Source of the DNA: Bacillota bacterium
GTDB taxonomy: Bacteria > Bacillota > Clostridia > Acetivibrionales > DSM-1351
Direction of reading: 5' to 3'
DNA length: 35,565 nt
Assembly (NCBI GenBank): GCA_023417285.1
Contig: JAEZFR010000113.1
Span: 1-35,565 of the forward strand
The notes beneath the pieces were generated by a model. The model worked only from the letters and a program-made list of their open reading frames with translations. It had not been told where the DNA came from and made no database searches. A program made the translations under genes and the position numbers. This document shows positions 1 through 7,664 of the stretch, piece after piece. Every line of letters begins with the position of its first letter. Positions within the stretch are counted from its first letter, which is position 1.

Positions 1-2
1 TG

Positions 3-737
3 TATGTTCAGATAATGACAGAAGAGCAGGCTCATAATCACTATGAGAATCCATTTGATATTACAAAAATTTGGCGTCACAAGGAATTCCCACTTATAGA
101 GGTAGGTGTCCTTGAACTAAACCGCAATCCTGAAAACTATTTTGCAGAAGTTGAGCAATCAGCTTTTTCACCTGCACATGTTGTTCCAGGTATAGGATTT
201 TCACCCGATAGATTTTTACAAGGAAGACTTTTTGCTTATGGTGATGCTCAGCGATATAGGCTTGGTGTTAATCATAATCATATACCAGTTAACCGTGCAA
301 AATGCGAGGTCAATGAATATCACAGAGATGGTGCAATGCGCGTAGATGGAAACTATGGAAGGATGCCTGCATATTCTCCAAACAGTGAAGGCTATTGGAC
401 ACCACAACCAGAAGTGGCAGAACCACCTCTGAAGCTTGAAGGTGCTATGTACAGGTTTGATCCAAAGGACGATCCTACAGACGATAATTTCCGTGCAGGT
501 GGCGAACTATATCGCTTAATGACAGAAGATAAGCGTAAGCTTCTGATAGAAAATACTGCTGCTGATATTGCTCCAGTAACAGACAACGTAAAATATCGTC
601 ATGCAGTTCACTGCTATCTGGCTGATACTGAATACGGAGAACGTATTACAGCAGCCATGGGTCTAGATTTAGATAAAGTAAAAGAATTATCAAAGCTGGA
701 CAATAATGGGCTGATTCAGGCAACATTAAAACCATAG
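3..737 (+). CDS. katA: Monofunctional heme catalase, C-terminal part (gene starts before the window)
   Basis: The frame is open from base 3 (YVQIMTEEQA...). It carries the catalase motifs LNRNPENYFAEVEQSAFSP and the proximal heme-ligand signature RLFAYGDAQRYRLG. Confidence 0.95.
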   Translation, partial: YVQIMTEEQAHNHYENPFDITKIWRHKEFPLIEVGVLELNRNPENYFAEVEQSAFSPAHVVPGIGFSPDRFLQGRLFAYGDAQRYRLGVNHNHIPVNRAKCEVNEYHRDGAMRVDGNYGRMPAYSPNSEGYWTPQPEVAEPPLKLEGAMYRFDPKDDPTDDNFRAGGELYRLMTEDKRKLLIENTAADIAPVTDNVKYRHAVHCYLADTEYGERITAAMGLDLDKVKELSKLDNNGLIQATLKP

Positions 738-761
738 TTTAAAAATAGATTGTTAATAATG

Positions 762-811
762 AGCAGATACCGTTTTTGCAGAGAGCAAAGCATGGTATCT
801 GCTTTTAATTT
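762..811 (+). terminator. Rho-independent terminator after catalase
   Basis: AGCAGATACC (762-771) pairs with GGTATCTGCT (794-803), with an inner TTTGC/GCAAA stem, followed by TTTAATTT. Confidence 0.75.
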
Positions 812-892
812 GCAACAAAAGTTCCCAAATCTCGGAGATGATTTGGATTTTTACTTCCATTCCGTTGTACATAGTGCCTTCTAATAACCCTA

Positions 893-921
893 TTGACATA
901 TTGGTCTATAAGCTATAGACT
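893..921 (+). promoter_or_regulatory. Sigma-A promoter of the blaI-M56 operon
   Basis: TTGACA (893-898), 17 nt spacer, TAGACT (916-921). Confidence 0.75.
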
Positions 922-950
922 GTTAGTATAAGGTCTATGGTTTATAGACC
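903..950. promoter_or_regulatory. Two tandem palindromic operators, probably for the BlaI-family repressor
   Basis: GGTCTAT-AAGCT-ATAGACT (903-921, overlapping the -10) and GGTCTAT-GGTTT-ATAGACC (932-950), 29 bp apart. Confidence 0.8.
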
Positions 951-1009
951 GAAAGAAGGTCGAAACAGAATTATATATACTAATTCTATAAATAGAGCGG
1001 GAGGCATAT

Positions 1010-1369
1010 ATGAATCATAAGCTTACAGAGAGCGAACAAAGGTTTGCTGATATCATATGGCAGCACCAGCCCATTGGTTCGGGTGAGCTGGTTAAAATAT
1101 GTGAGAAGGAAATGGGGTGGAAAAAGTCCACAACATATACAGTACTTAAAAATTTATGCCAAAAGGGTATTTTGAGAAATGATAATGCTGTAGTATCGTC
1201 TTTGGTTACTAAGGAAGAATACTACTCAGATCAAAGCATACGTTTTGTAGAGGATACCTTCGGGGGCTCCTTGCCTAAATTTTTGACAGCCTTTATCAAC
1301 AGCAAAAAACTGAGTAAGCATCAGGCTGAAGAGTTAAAGAAACTTATTGACGAGCACAAGGAGGTGTAG
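1010..1369 (+). CDS. blaI: BlaI/MecI/CopY family transcriptional repressor
   Basis: 119 aa with LTESEQRFADIIW, WKKSTTYTVLKNLCQKG and FVEDTFGGSLPKFLTAF. GGGAGG RBS. Confidence 0.92.
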   Translation: MNHKLTESEQRFADIIWQHQPIGSGELVKICEKEMGWKKSTTYTVLKNLCQKGILRNDNAVVSSLVTKEEYYSDQSIRFVEDTFGGSLPKFLTAFINSKKLSKHQAEELKKLIDEHKEV

Positions 1370-1371
1370 AG

Positions 1372-3003
1372 ATGAGTATGCTATTTATCTCTGTGTTAAA
1401 TATGAGTCTCACTGCAAGTTATGTAATATTATTTGTTATGCTTTGTAGATTATTACTGAAGAAGGCTCCAAAAATTTACTCCTATACCTTATGGAGTGTT
1501 GTAGCTTTTCGCCTAATACTTCCTTTTTCTTTTGAAAGCATATACAGCCTTCTGCCTCAGAAAATAAATACTTCACCAATACCTAAAGACATAATATATC
1601 AGCAAAGTCCTCAGCTTAATAGTGGGATAGGTATAGTTGACTCTTTTATAAGCAAGGCACTGCCTGCTCCTGCTATTGGGGATAGTGTAAACCCGTTGCA
1701 GATTTATTTACAAATAGGAGCGTTTATATGGGTAATAGGTGCGATAGTATTACTTATTTATAGCCTTGTGTCTATTTTAACGCTAAAAAAACAGCTAAAA
1801 AGCGCACAGTTGATAGAGAAAAGTACATATGAGGCAAAAGATTTGAAAACACCCTTTGTACTTGGATTAATAATACCAAAGATATACTTGCCAACTGGAC
1901 TTAGCATACAAGAAAAGGGCTATATTCTACTGCATGAGCAGACCCATATTAATAGAAAAGATCATATTATTAAGACTTTTGCTTTCCTAATATTATGTAT
2001 CCATTGGTTTAATCCTCTTGTATGGATCGCATTTATGTTAATGAGCATGGACATGGAGCTATCCTGTGACGAAAGAGTATTAAAAGAAGTGGGGAATGAT
2101 ATAAAAAAGCCCTATGCCATTACATTATTATCCCTTGCTAGTGGAAGACACATTTTAAACGGGAGCCCTCTTGCATTTGGTGAGGGAAGTATTAAGGGAA
2201 GAATTAATAATATTTTAGATTATAAGAAACCGAAGTTTTGGTTCATTACAACGGTGATAATTGTAGTTGTTGCTGTATCTGTTGGACTTGTATCTAATCC
2301 TCGTAGCAATGCTCCTTCAATGCCATGGGCAAAGTCATTACAGCCTGAGGATATTGAAAGTATAGAGCTGGTTTTAAGTCCTTCGGAGCAAAAGGAACAG
2401 TACAGAAGTTTTGAAACAGAAGAAGAGAAGGCTGCAATTATTAAGCTAATCAATAGTAGTAACGGAACACTTATAAATAATCCAGAGAGTATATCGGGAA
2501 GAGTTCAGACTTTTTATATTACATTGAAAAATGGTGAGGTGCACCATTTCATAAATAGCGGTAACACCTATTTAATTATTGATGGGGATACATATAAAGC
2601 AAGTCGGGACTGGCTAAATAGTTGGAATTATGAAGGCAATAGTGATGTGCCAGCTGGTTTTTGGGAAAGAGCAGGCATAAAGGTTACATCCTACCAGCTT
2701 ATATGGTTAAAGAAAGGGGAAGTGGAACGAACTATAGCTCCCCTCAACAAGGACGATAGTAAGCTTGCAAAGGACATTATAATGAACTACATGATTAGGT
2801 CGGCAGCATGGCCAGGCGTTGATATTAATACCTTGGAGGATTGTTACCTCTTGAGAACAACCTATTCTGACGGTACTACATCAGAAAATTATGCGTATTT
2901 ACATGAAGGTAAGGCTGTAATGCAGCACGGAAAAGATGGCCATTATACTATCGTTGATACTGGGCTGTATGAAAGATTGGTACAATTAATTGATGAGAAT
3001 TAA
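1372..3003 (+). CDS. BlaR1-like M56 zinc metallopeptidase sensor with a non-penicillin-binding C-terminal domain
   Basis: N-terminal TM helices, HEQTH zinc motif, HWFNPLVW and ELSCDERV motifs of M56. Starts 2 nt after the blaI stop. Confidence 0.9.
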   Translation: MSMLFISVLNMSLTASYVILFVMLCRLLLKKAPKIYSYTLWSVVAFRLILPFSFESIYSLLPQKINTSPIPKDIIYQQSPQLNSGIGIVDSFISKALPAPAIGDSVNPLQIYLQIGAFIWVIGAIVLLIYSLVSILTLKKQLKSAQLIEKSTYEAKDLKTPFVLGLIIPKIYLPTGLSIQEKGYILLHEQTHINRKDHIIKTFAFLILCIHWFNPLVWIAFMLMSMDMELSCDERVLKEVGNDIKKPYAITLLSLASGRHILNGSPLAFGEGSIKGRINNILDYKKPKFWFITTVIIVVVAVSVGLVSNPRSNAPSMPWAKSLQPEDIESIELVLSPSEQKEQYRSFETEEEKAAIIKLINSSNGTLINNPESISGRVQTFYITLKNGEVHHFINSGNTYLIIDGDTYKASRDWLNSWNYEGNSDVPAGFWERAGIKVTSYQLIWLKKGEVERTIAPLNKDDSKLAKDIIMNYMIRSAAWPGVDINTLEDCYLLRTTYSDGTTSENYAYLHEGKAVMQHGKDGHYTIVDTGLYERLVQLIDEN

Positions 3004-3074
3004 ATACTATAAGCAGCTTAAGCCTATTAATGGTTTTAATACTTAATAAAAATCTGATTACTGCTTAACTGCTC

Positions 3075-3122
3075 AAAAGGCACACTACACCAATGGATAA
3101 TTGGTGCAATGTGCCTTTTTTT
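3075..3122. terminator. Bidirectional terminator between the convergent M56 and MFS genes
   Basis: AAAAGGCACA...CACCAAT / AATTGGTG...TGTGCCTTTT, flanked by A- and T-tracts. Confidence 0.75.
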
Positions 3123-3130
3123 AGATACAT

Positions 3131-4471
3131 TTATAGGTCTGTTGTTCCTTCACCTAGATATGGTTTTAGATCTTTTGTTTCTAGCTTCCAAATATTTTTG
3201 TCGGCTCTAAATGGCAAGCAAGATAATGCTCCAAACAAGCCAATTACAAAAAATAGCATTGCAGCACCAGAGCCTTTTCCTGATCCGAACAGTGTAATCC
3301 ACAGACTACTCGTGGATTGTGCTGCCATAAAGGGTTCAAAAACCCTGTCGACCAAAAACCCTCCACATAGATAACCCAATGGAATGGTAAAGAACTGTAA
3401 AGAATTTCTCACAGAATAAACTCTACCTTGCATTTCTATGGGGATTTTGGTACGAAACAATACATCCATATTAGCACCCATAACAGGAATGAATATCCAT
3501 CCCAAGACTGCCCCTATACACCATACTGGTATACTTCTTCCAAAAGCAAGGATAAAGTTCTCCGTACTCATGGAAAAAAGCAAACAATTACATATAACCC
3601 GAACTCGGCTTTTAGGGGGTGGCATAAAAGAAACTAATATGCTCCCCAATAAGGTTGCCAATCCGGTAACTGTATTGACGGCACCAAGAGCTACTTCTCC
3701 GGCGCCACTTCTTGATAGCATCATCGCAGGCAACGCTGCATTGAAGATAGAAGCGGTAAAATTAATTACTGCCAAAAACAGCATCAAATCCAGTATGCCC
3801 CGGTTATCCCAAAGGTACCTAATCCCACCCTTTACCAGCTGTATCACTGTTTCACCCGCCGCCTTGATATCCTCTTTAACTTTTGGTATTTTAATAAAGC
3901 ATAACAGTGCTATAAAAGCCACCACAAATGTAATCAAATCAAATAATATGATGAAATAAATATTTGTAAATGAGAGCATTGCTGTAGCAATTACGGGGGT
4001 CAAAATAGTGACCAGTGAATTCGAAAACGAACGCAATCCACTTACCTTCTGATAGTGCTTCTGTGGTGCAAGCAGACTGATGGTCACTTCTGAGGCTGGC
4101 TGCTGTACAGTATTCATCAACCCATTTAAAGCGTTAATCAAATACAGATGCCAAATATGGAGATTACCAGTTGTCAGCAGAATAAGTACGCAAACAGAAC
4201 AAACCGCCGCAACACTATCACAAGCAAGCATTGTAACCTTTTTGTTCCAGCGATTGCTCAATGCACCTGCGAAAATACTAAGTAATACATAGGGTGCATA
4301 TGAACATACAGCTAAAACCGAGGTGGTAAGAGCCGATCCTTGCTGCTGATATGACCAGATTACCAGTGCAAAATTGGTCATTGCACTACCAAGTGCCGAA
4401 AATGACTGCGTAATCCATAGAATCAGGAAGGTACGTAGTTCCTTAATAGGCGCTATTAAATTTTTTATCAT
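3131..4471 (-). CDS. MFS drug/H+ antiporter, Mef(A)/DHA3-like efflux protein
   Basis: 446 aa, about 12 hydrophobic segments. FLILWITQSFSALGSAMTNFAL, motif A-like AGALSNRWNKK, and IPIEMQGRVYS are typical of this family. Confidence 0.82.
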   Translation of the reverse strand: MIKNLIAPIKELRTFLILWITQSFSALGSAMTNFALVIWSYQQQGSALTTSVLAVCSYAPYVLLSIFAGALSNRWNKKVTMLACDSVAAVCSVCVLILLTTGNLHIWHLYLINALNGLMNTVQQPASEVTISLLAPQKHYQKVSGLRSFSNSLVTILTPVIATAMLSFTNIYFIILFDLITFVVAFIALLCFIKIPKVKEDIKAAGETVIQLVKGGIRYLWDNRGILDLMLFLAVINFTASIFNAALPAMMLSRSGAGEVALGAVNTVTGLATLLGSILVSFMPPPKSRVRVICNCLLFSMSTENFILAFGRSIPVWCIGAVLGWIFIPVMGANMDVLFRTKIPIEMQGRVYSVRNSLQFFTIPLGYLCGGFLVDRVFEPFMAAQSTSSLWITLFGSGKGSGAAMLFFVIGLFGALSCLPFRADKNIWKLETKDLKPYLGEGTTDL

Positions 4472-4575
4472 GACTTTGCTCCTCTTTCAAAATTAATAAT
4501 AATGAAAGTGCAAAGCCTAACGGACGAAATTTATCCGCTCCGTGCAGTTTCCCCCAATCAGGCCTCACACGGAGC
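4472..4575 (-). promoter_or_regulatory. Attenuator-like hairpins in the MFS 5' leader
   Basis: On the minus strand, a GCTCCGTG...CACGGAGC stem overlaps the end of the leader ORF. A GGCTTTGC-a-CTTTCA / TGAAAG-agga-GCAAAGTC stem encloses the MFS RBS (GAGGAG) right up to the ATG. Confidence 0.65.
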
Positions 4576-4596
4576 ATTGACAATGCAGAGTTGCAT
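4558..4596 (-). CDS. Putative 12-aa leader peptide MQLCIVNAPCEA (not in the ORF track)
   Basis: Minus strand reads AAGGAGG-TTAAAG-ATG CAA CTC TGC ATT GTC AAT GCT CCG TGT GAG GCC TGA. Perfect RBS at 6 nt spacing. Confidence 0.7.
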   Translation of the reverse strand: MQLCIVNAPCEA

Positions 4597-4709
4597 CTTT
4601 AACCTCCTTTTAATTTACTTCTATTTTTAAAATCTATAATCTGAGTAAAATCTATAAATCTGCCTAAAATTTATAATCCTCTATAAATCCTAGCAATCAA
4701 TACTTCTAT

Positions 4710-4738
4710 ATTTTACCATGAGTTTCCTGCAAAAACAA
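4710..4738 (-). promoter_or_regulatory. Probable promoter for the leader peptide/MFS transcript
   Basis: Minus strand TTGTTT, 17 nt spacer, extended -10 TGG-TAAAAT. Confidence 0.5.
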
Positions 4739-4995
4739 TTATATCGCTATTGTCTTTATAGTGCTATTACTTTATATAGCTGTAGGTCTACTCACTATTG
4801 CTTTGAAAGAACTAAATAATTATAGTACAGATTTTATATTATGACATGTTGTTGACATATTTAACCCTGTATAATGGAGTTATATTTATAAGACAAAGGC
4901 TATAGTAAGACAAAAGTTTTTATATTAATAAGACAAAAGTTTATTATTAAAATAGTTACCCATATATACAGCTAAAAGCATAAGGAGGTAGAGCG

Positions 4996-5889
4996 ATGCA
5001 TTTTGCTCAGGCAAAGGGAATATTATCATCAAGCAATGGTATGAATGTGTACCGTGGTTGTACTCATGGTTGTATCTATTGTGACAGTAGAAGTAAATGC
5101 TATGGATTCACTCATGACTTTGAGGACATAGAAGTAAAGCAAAATGCACCAGAACTTTTAGAGAAAGCCCTTCGTTCGAAACGCAAGAAATGTATGATTG
5201 GAACAGGTGCAATGTGTGATCCCTATATGCACTGTGAAGAAAGTGTAAGGCTGACAAGAAAGTGTCTGGAAATCATTGATGAGTATAAATTTGGGCTCGC
5301 CATTCAAACAAAGTCAGACCTTATATTGAGGGATTTAGACTTGCTGAAAAGTATCAATAAGAAGTCAAAGTGTGTAGTCCAAATGACAATGACTACTTTT
5401 AATGAAAGCTTGTGTAAAATAATAGAGCCAAATGTATGTACAACCAAGAGAAGGTTTGAGGTGCTGGAAATTTTAAGGGACAATGATATCCCAACCGTTG
5501 TTTGGATAACTCCAATTTTGCCATTTATAAATGATACAATAGATAACTTGGAGGGGATTTTAGGTTATTGCATTGCTGCAAAAGTAAAGGGGATTATTAA
5601 CTTCGGAATTGGGATGACGTTAAGGGAAGGGGATAGAGAATACTATTATATGAAGTTAGATGAACACTTTCCTGGATTGCGGTCTAAATACCACAAAAAG
5701 TACGGGTATGCTTATGAGATAAATAGTGATAATAACGCTCAACTACATCAACTTCTGATAAGCACTTGTAAAGAGCATAATATTTTATGCGATCCGAATG
5801 AAGTTTTCTCCTACCTTCATAAGTTTCCTGATAATAATATTATTAATTACCAACTACCGCTGTTGGGCGGTAACAATGAATTCATATAA
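4996..5889 (+). CDS. Radical SAM protein, SplB/Rv2578c-like (putative DNA repair)
   Basis: CxxxCxxC in YRGCTHGCIYCDSRS, plus DPY, IQTKSDLILRDLDLL and IEPN motifs. TAAGGAGG RBS. Confidence 0.85.
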   Translation: MHFAQAKGILSSSNGMNVYRGCTHGCIYCDSRSKCYGFTHDFEDIEVKQNAPELLEKALRSKRKKCMIGTGAMCDPYMHCEESVRLTRKCLEIIDEYKFGLAIQTKSDLILRDLDLLKSINKKSKCVVQMTMTTFNESLCKIIEPNVCTTKRRFEVLEILRDNDIPTVVWITPILPFINDTIDNLEGILGYCIAAKVKGIINFGIGMTLREGDREYYYMKLDEHFPGLRSKYHKKYGYAYEINSDNNAQLHQLLISTCKEHNILCDPNEVFSYLHKFPDNNIINYQLPLLGGNNEFI

Positions 5890-5891
5890 AT

Positions 5892-5933
5892 AAAAAGTAA
5901 GGGACTACTTTTTACAAGTAGCCCCTTACTATT
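5892..5933. terminator. Terminator between the convergent radical SAM and SDR genes
   Basis: AGTAAGGG-a-CTACTT / AAGTAG-c-CCCTTACT (5896-5930). The T-tract is on the minus strand. Confidence 0.8.
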
Positions 5934-5940
5934 CTTAGCC

Positions 5941-6705
5941 TTAAATACAGGTAAATGCTCCATCAACCACAATATCAGAACCAGTGGTAAAACTCGATGC
6001 GTCACTTGCAAGGTAAAGGACTGCTCCTTGAAGCTCCTCAGGAGTACCCATACGTCTTACTGGAGTGGACTGGACCCAGGTAGGAATCCAATCTGTAGCC
6101 TTTAGTGTCATCTCAGTGCCTATATAGCCAGGACTTATAGAGTTAACTCTCACATTGTATTGTGCCCATTCTACAGCAAGTGATTTTGTTAGCATTATAA
6201 CACCGGCCTTAGATGCATTATAGGCACTCTGTGGCTGTGGCACATTAACAATATGACCTGACATTGATGCGGTATTTATAATGCAGCCTTTTTTATTTTT
6301 TATCATCACACGCCCAACTGCCTGGGAGGTTAGGAACACTCCTGTCAAATTAACGTCTATGACCTTCTTCCAGTCTTCATAGGACATTTCTTCAGCCTTG
6401 ACATTTACACATATTCCAGCATTGTTAAAAGCAATATCTATTGTTCCGAATTCTGCTACTATATTATCAATCATTTTATTTACATCATCAGGGTTTGTTA
6501 CGTCTGTTTTTACAGCGATGCTATTTACTCCTAATAATTTAATCTCTCTAGAGGTTTTTTCTGCCTCGTGAATATCCATGTCAACTATTGCAACATCAGC
6601 ACCTGCTTTGGCTAATGCAATTGCAGCACACTTGCCTATACCACGTGCTCCCCCCGTTACATATGCCTTTTTCCCCGTGAGGTTAAATTGACTAATAATA
6701 TCCAT
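5941..6705 (-). CDS. Short-chain dehydrogenase/reductase, polyol 2-dehydrogenase/ketose reductase type
   Basis: TGGARGIG, NNAG, and SMSGHIVNVPQPQSAYNASKAGV (YxxxK), characteristic of the sorbose reductase/mannitol/galactitol dehydrogenase subgroup. Confidence 0.85.
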   Translation of the reverse strand: MDIISQFNLTGKKAYVTGGARGIGKCAAIALAKAGADVAIVDMDIHEAEKTSREIKLLGVNSIAVKTDVTNPDDVNKMIDNIVAEFGTIDIAFNNAGICVNVKAEEMSYEDWKKVIDVNLTGVFLTSQAVGRVMIKNKKGCIINTASMSGHIVNVPQPQSAYNASKAGVIMLTKSLAVEWAQYNVRVNSISPGYIGTEMTLKATDWIPTWVQSTPVRRMGTPEELQGAVLYLASDASSFTTGSDIVVDGAFTCI

Positions 6706-6748
6706 AAAATCATCTCCCTTATCAAATAAGATAACTAAACATAATTGA

Positions 6749-7627
6749 CTATGGTCTACGGCGATCTAACATATATCTGGAGAAATCAAGTGCGGCTTTT
6801 GCATCCATGTCTAGCATTTCCTCATTTGCACCATTACTAATATCTCTCCAAACCTTTATATTTGAACCCACTGTTCCACCCATTTTTACAAAGGGTTCCA
6901 TAACAATGCTGCCATTATAACATATATCTGATAGTGCTTCGCCAATCTCATTCCACGGAGTTCTTCCTCTGCCAGGTACTTTACGATTGCATTCTCCAGT
7001 ATGTAAATGGCCAAGATATTGTCCCGCAGTTCTTATTGCTCCACCAATGCTATCTTCTTCGATATTCATATGAAAGGTGTCTAACATTACCTTTACATTA
7101 GGATGACCGACTTCTTTTACAAAAGCTACACCTTCTTGAGCAGTATTGATTAAATAATTCTCAAATCTGTTCAACACTTCAAGGCAGAAGTCAACACCGC
7201 AGTCCTCTGCTACCTTGGCAACCTCACGAACTCCCTGTACACTGCGTTCCCAATCTCCCTTTTTGTCAATTGCTTTTGTATAATCAACAGGCCAATAGGA
7301 ATATAAAGCCCCACCTATCAGATGCACATCTAACTTGTACAGACGTTTTAACAAATCTGTATAAAAGGCTATAGCATTCTTTCTCACAGCAGGATCAGAC
7401 GATGACAGATTCTGCTCTGCTCTTGGTCCATGACCCACTGTAAGAGTAATTCCATTACTATTAGCGCATGCTCTTAGCTCGTTTATCTGACTGTCACTGT
7501 AAAAGGGTATTGGTGAAGCAGCAATTTCAAGTATATCAAAGCCGAGCTTGGCAGCCTTCTCAATATAATATTTGTAGTCAGCTTCCCATTCCTGCTCCCA
7601 ATATGCGTAATAAATACCATGTTTCAT
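6749..7627 (-). CDS. dpe: D-psicose (D-allulose)/D-tagatose 3-epimerase
   Basis: True start is MKHGIYYAYWEQEWEADY at 7627 with an AAGGAGG RBS (292 aa). Metal/catalytic motifs LEVLNRFE, LDTFHMNIEE, HLHTGECNR and MEPF, plus IKVWRD. Confidence 0.95.
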   Translation of the reverse strand: MKHGIYYAYWEQEWEADYKYYIEKAAKLGFDILEIAASPIPFYSDSQINELRACANSNGITLTVGHGPRAEQNLSSSDPAVRKNAIAFYTDLLKRLYKLDVHLIGGALYSYWPVDYTKAIDKKGDWERSVQGVREVAKVAEDCGVDFCLEVLNRFENYLINTAQEGVAFVKEVGHPNVKVMLDTFHMNIEEDSIGGAIRTAGQYLGHLHTGECNRKVPGRGRTPWNEIGEALSDICYNGSIVMEPFVKMGGTVGSNIKVWRDISNGANEEMLDMDAKAALDFSRYMLDRRRP

Positions 7628-7664
7628 AAATAGCGTCCTCCTTATACATGTAATACTATCTGCT

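Noticed and set aside
1372..3003. Calling this a beta-lactam resistance locus (blaR1/mecR1)
   Set aside because: No penicillin-binding sensor domain was recognised and there is no beta-lactamase or PBP2a gene nearby.
3093..4292. Plus-strand ORFs 3093-3374, 3428-3637, 3438-3959 and 4080-4292
   Set aside because: They are antisense shadows of the MFS gene, with no RBS or recognisable motifs.
4852..4875. TTGACA...TATAAT as a consensus sigma-A promoter
   Set aside because: The spacer is only 12 nt. The -10 is plausible, but this TTGACA cannot be its -35.
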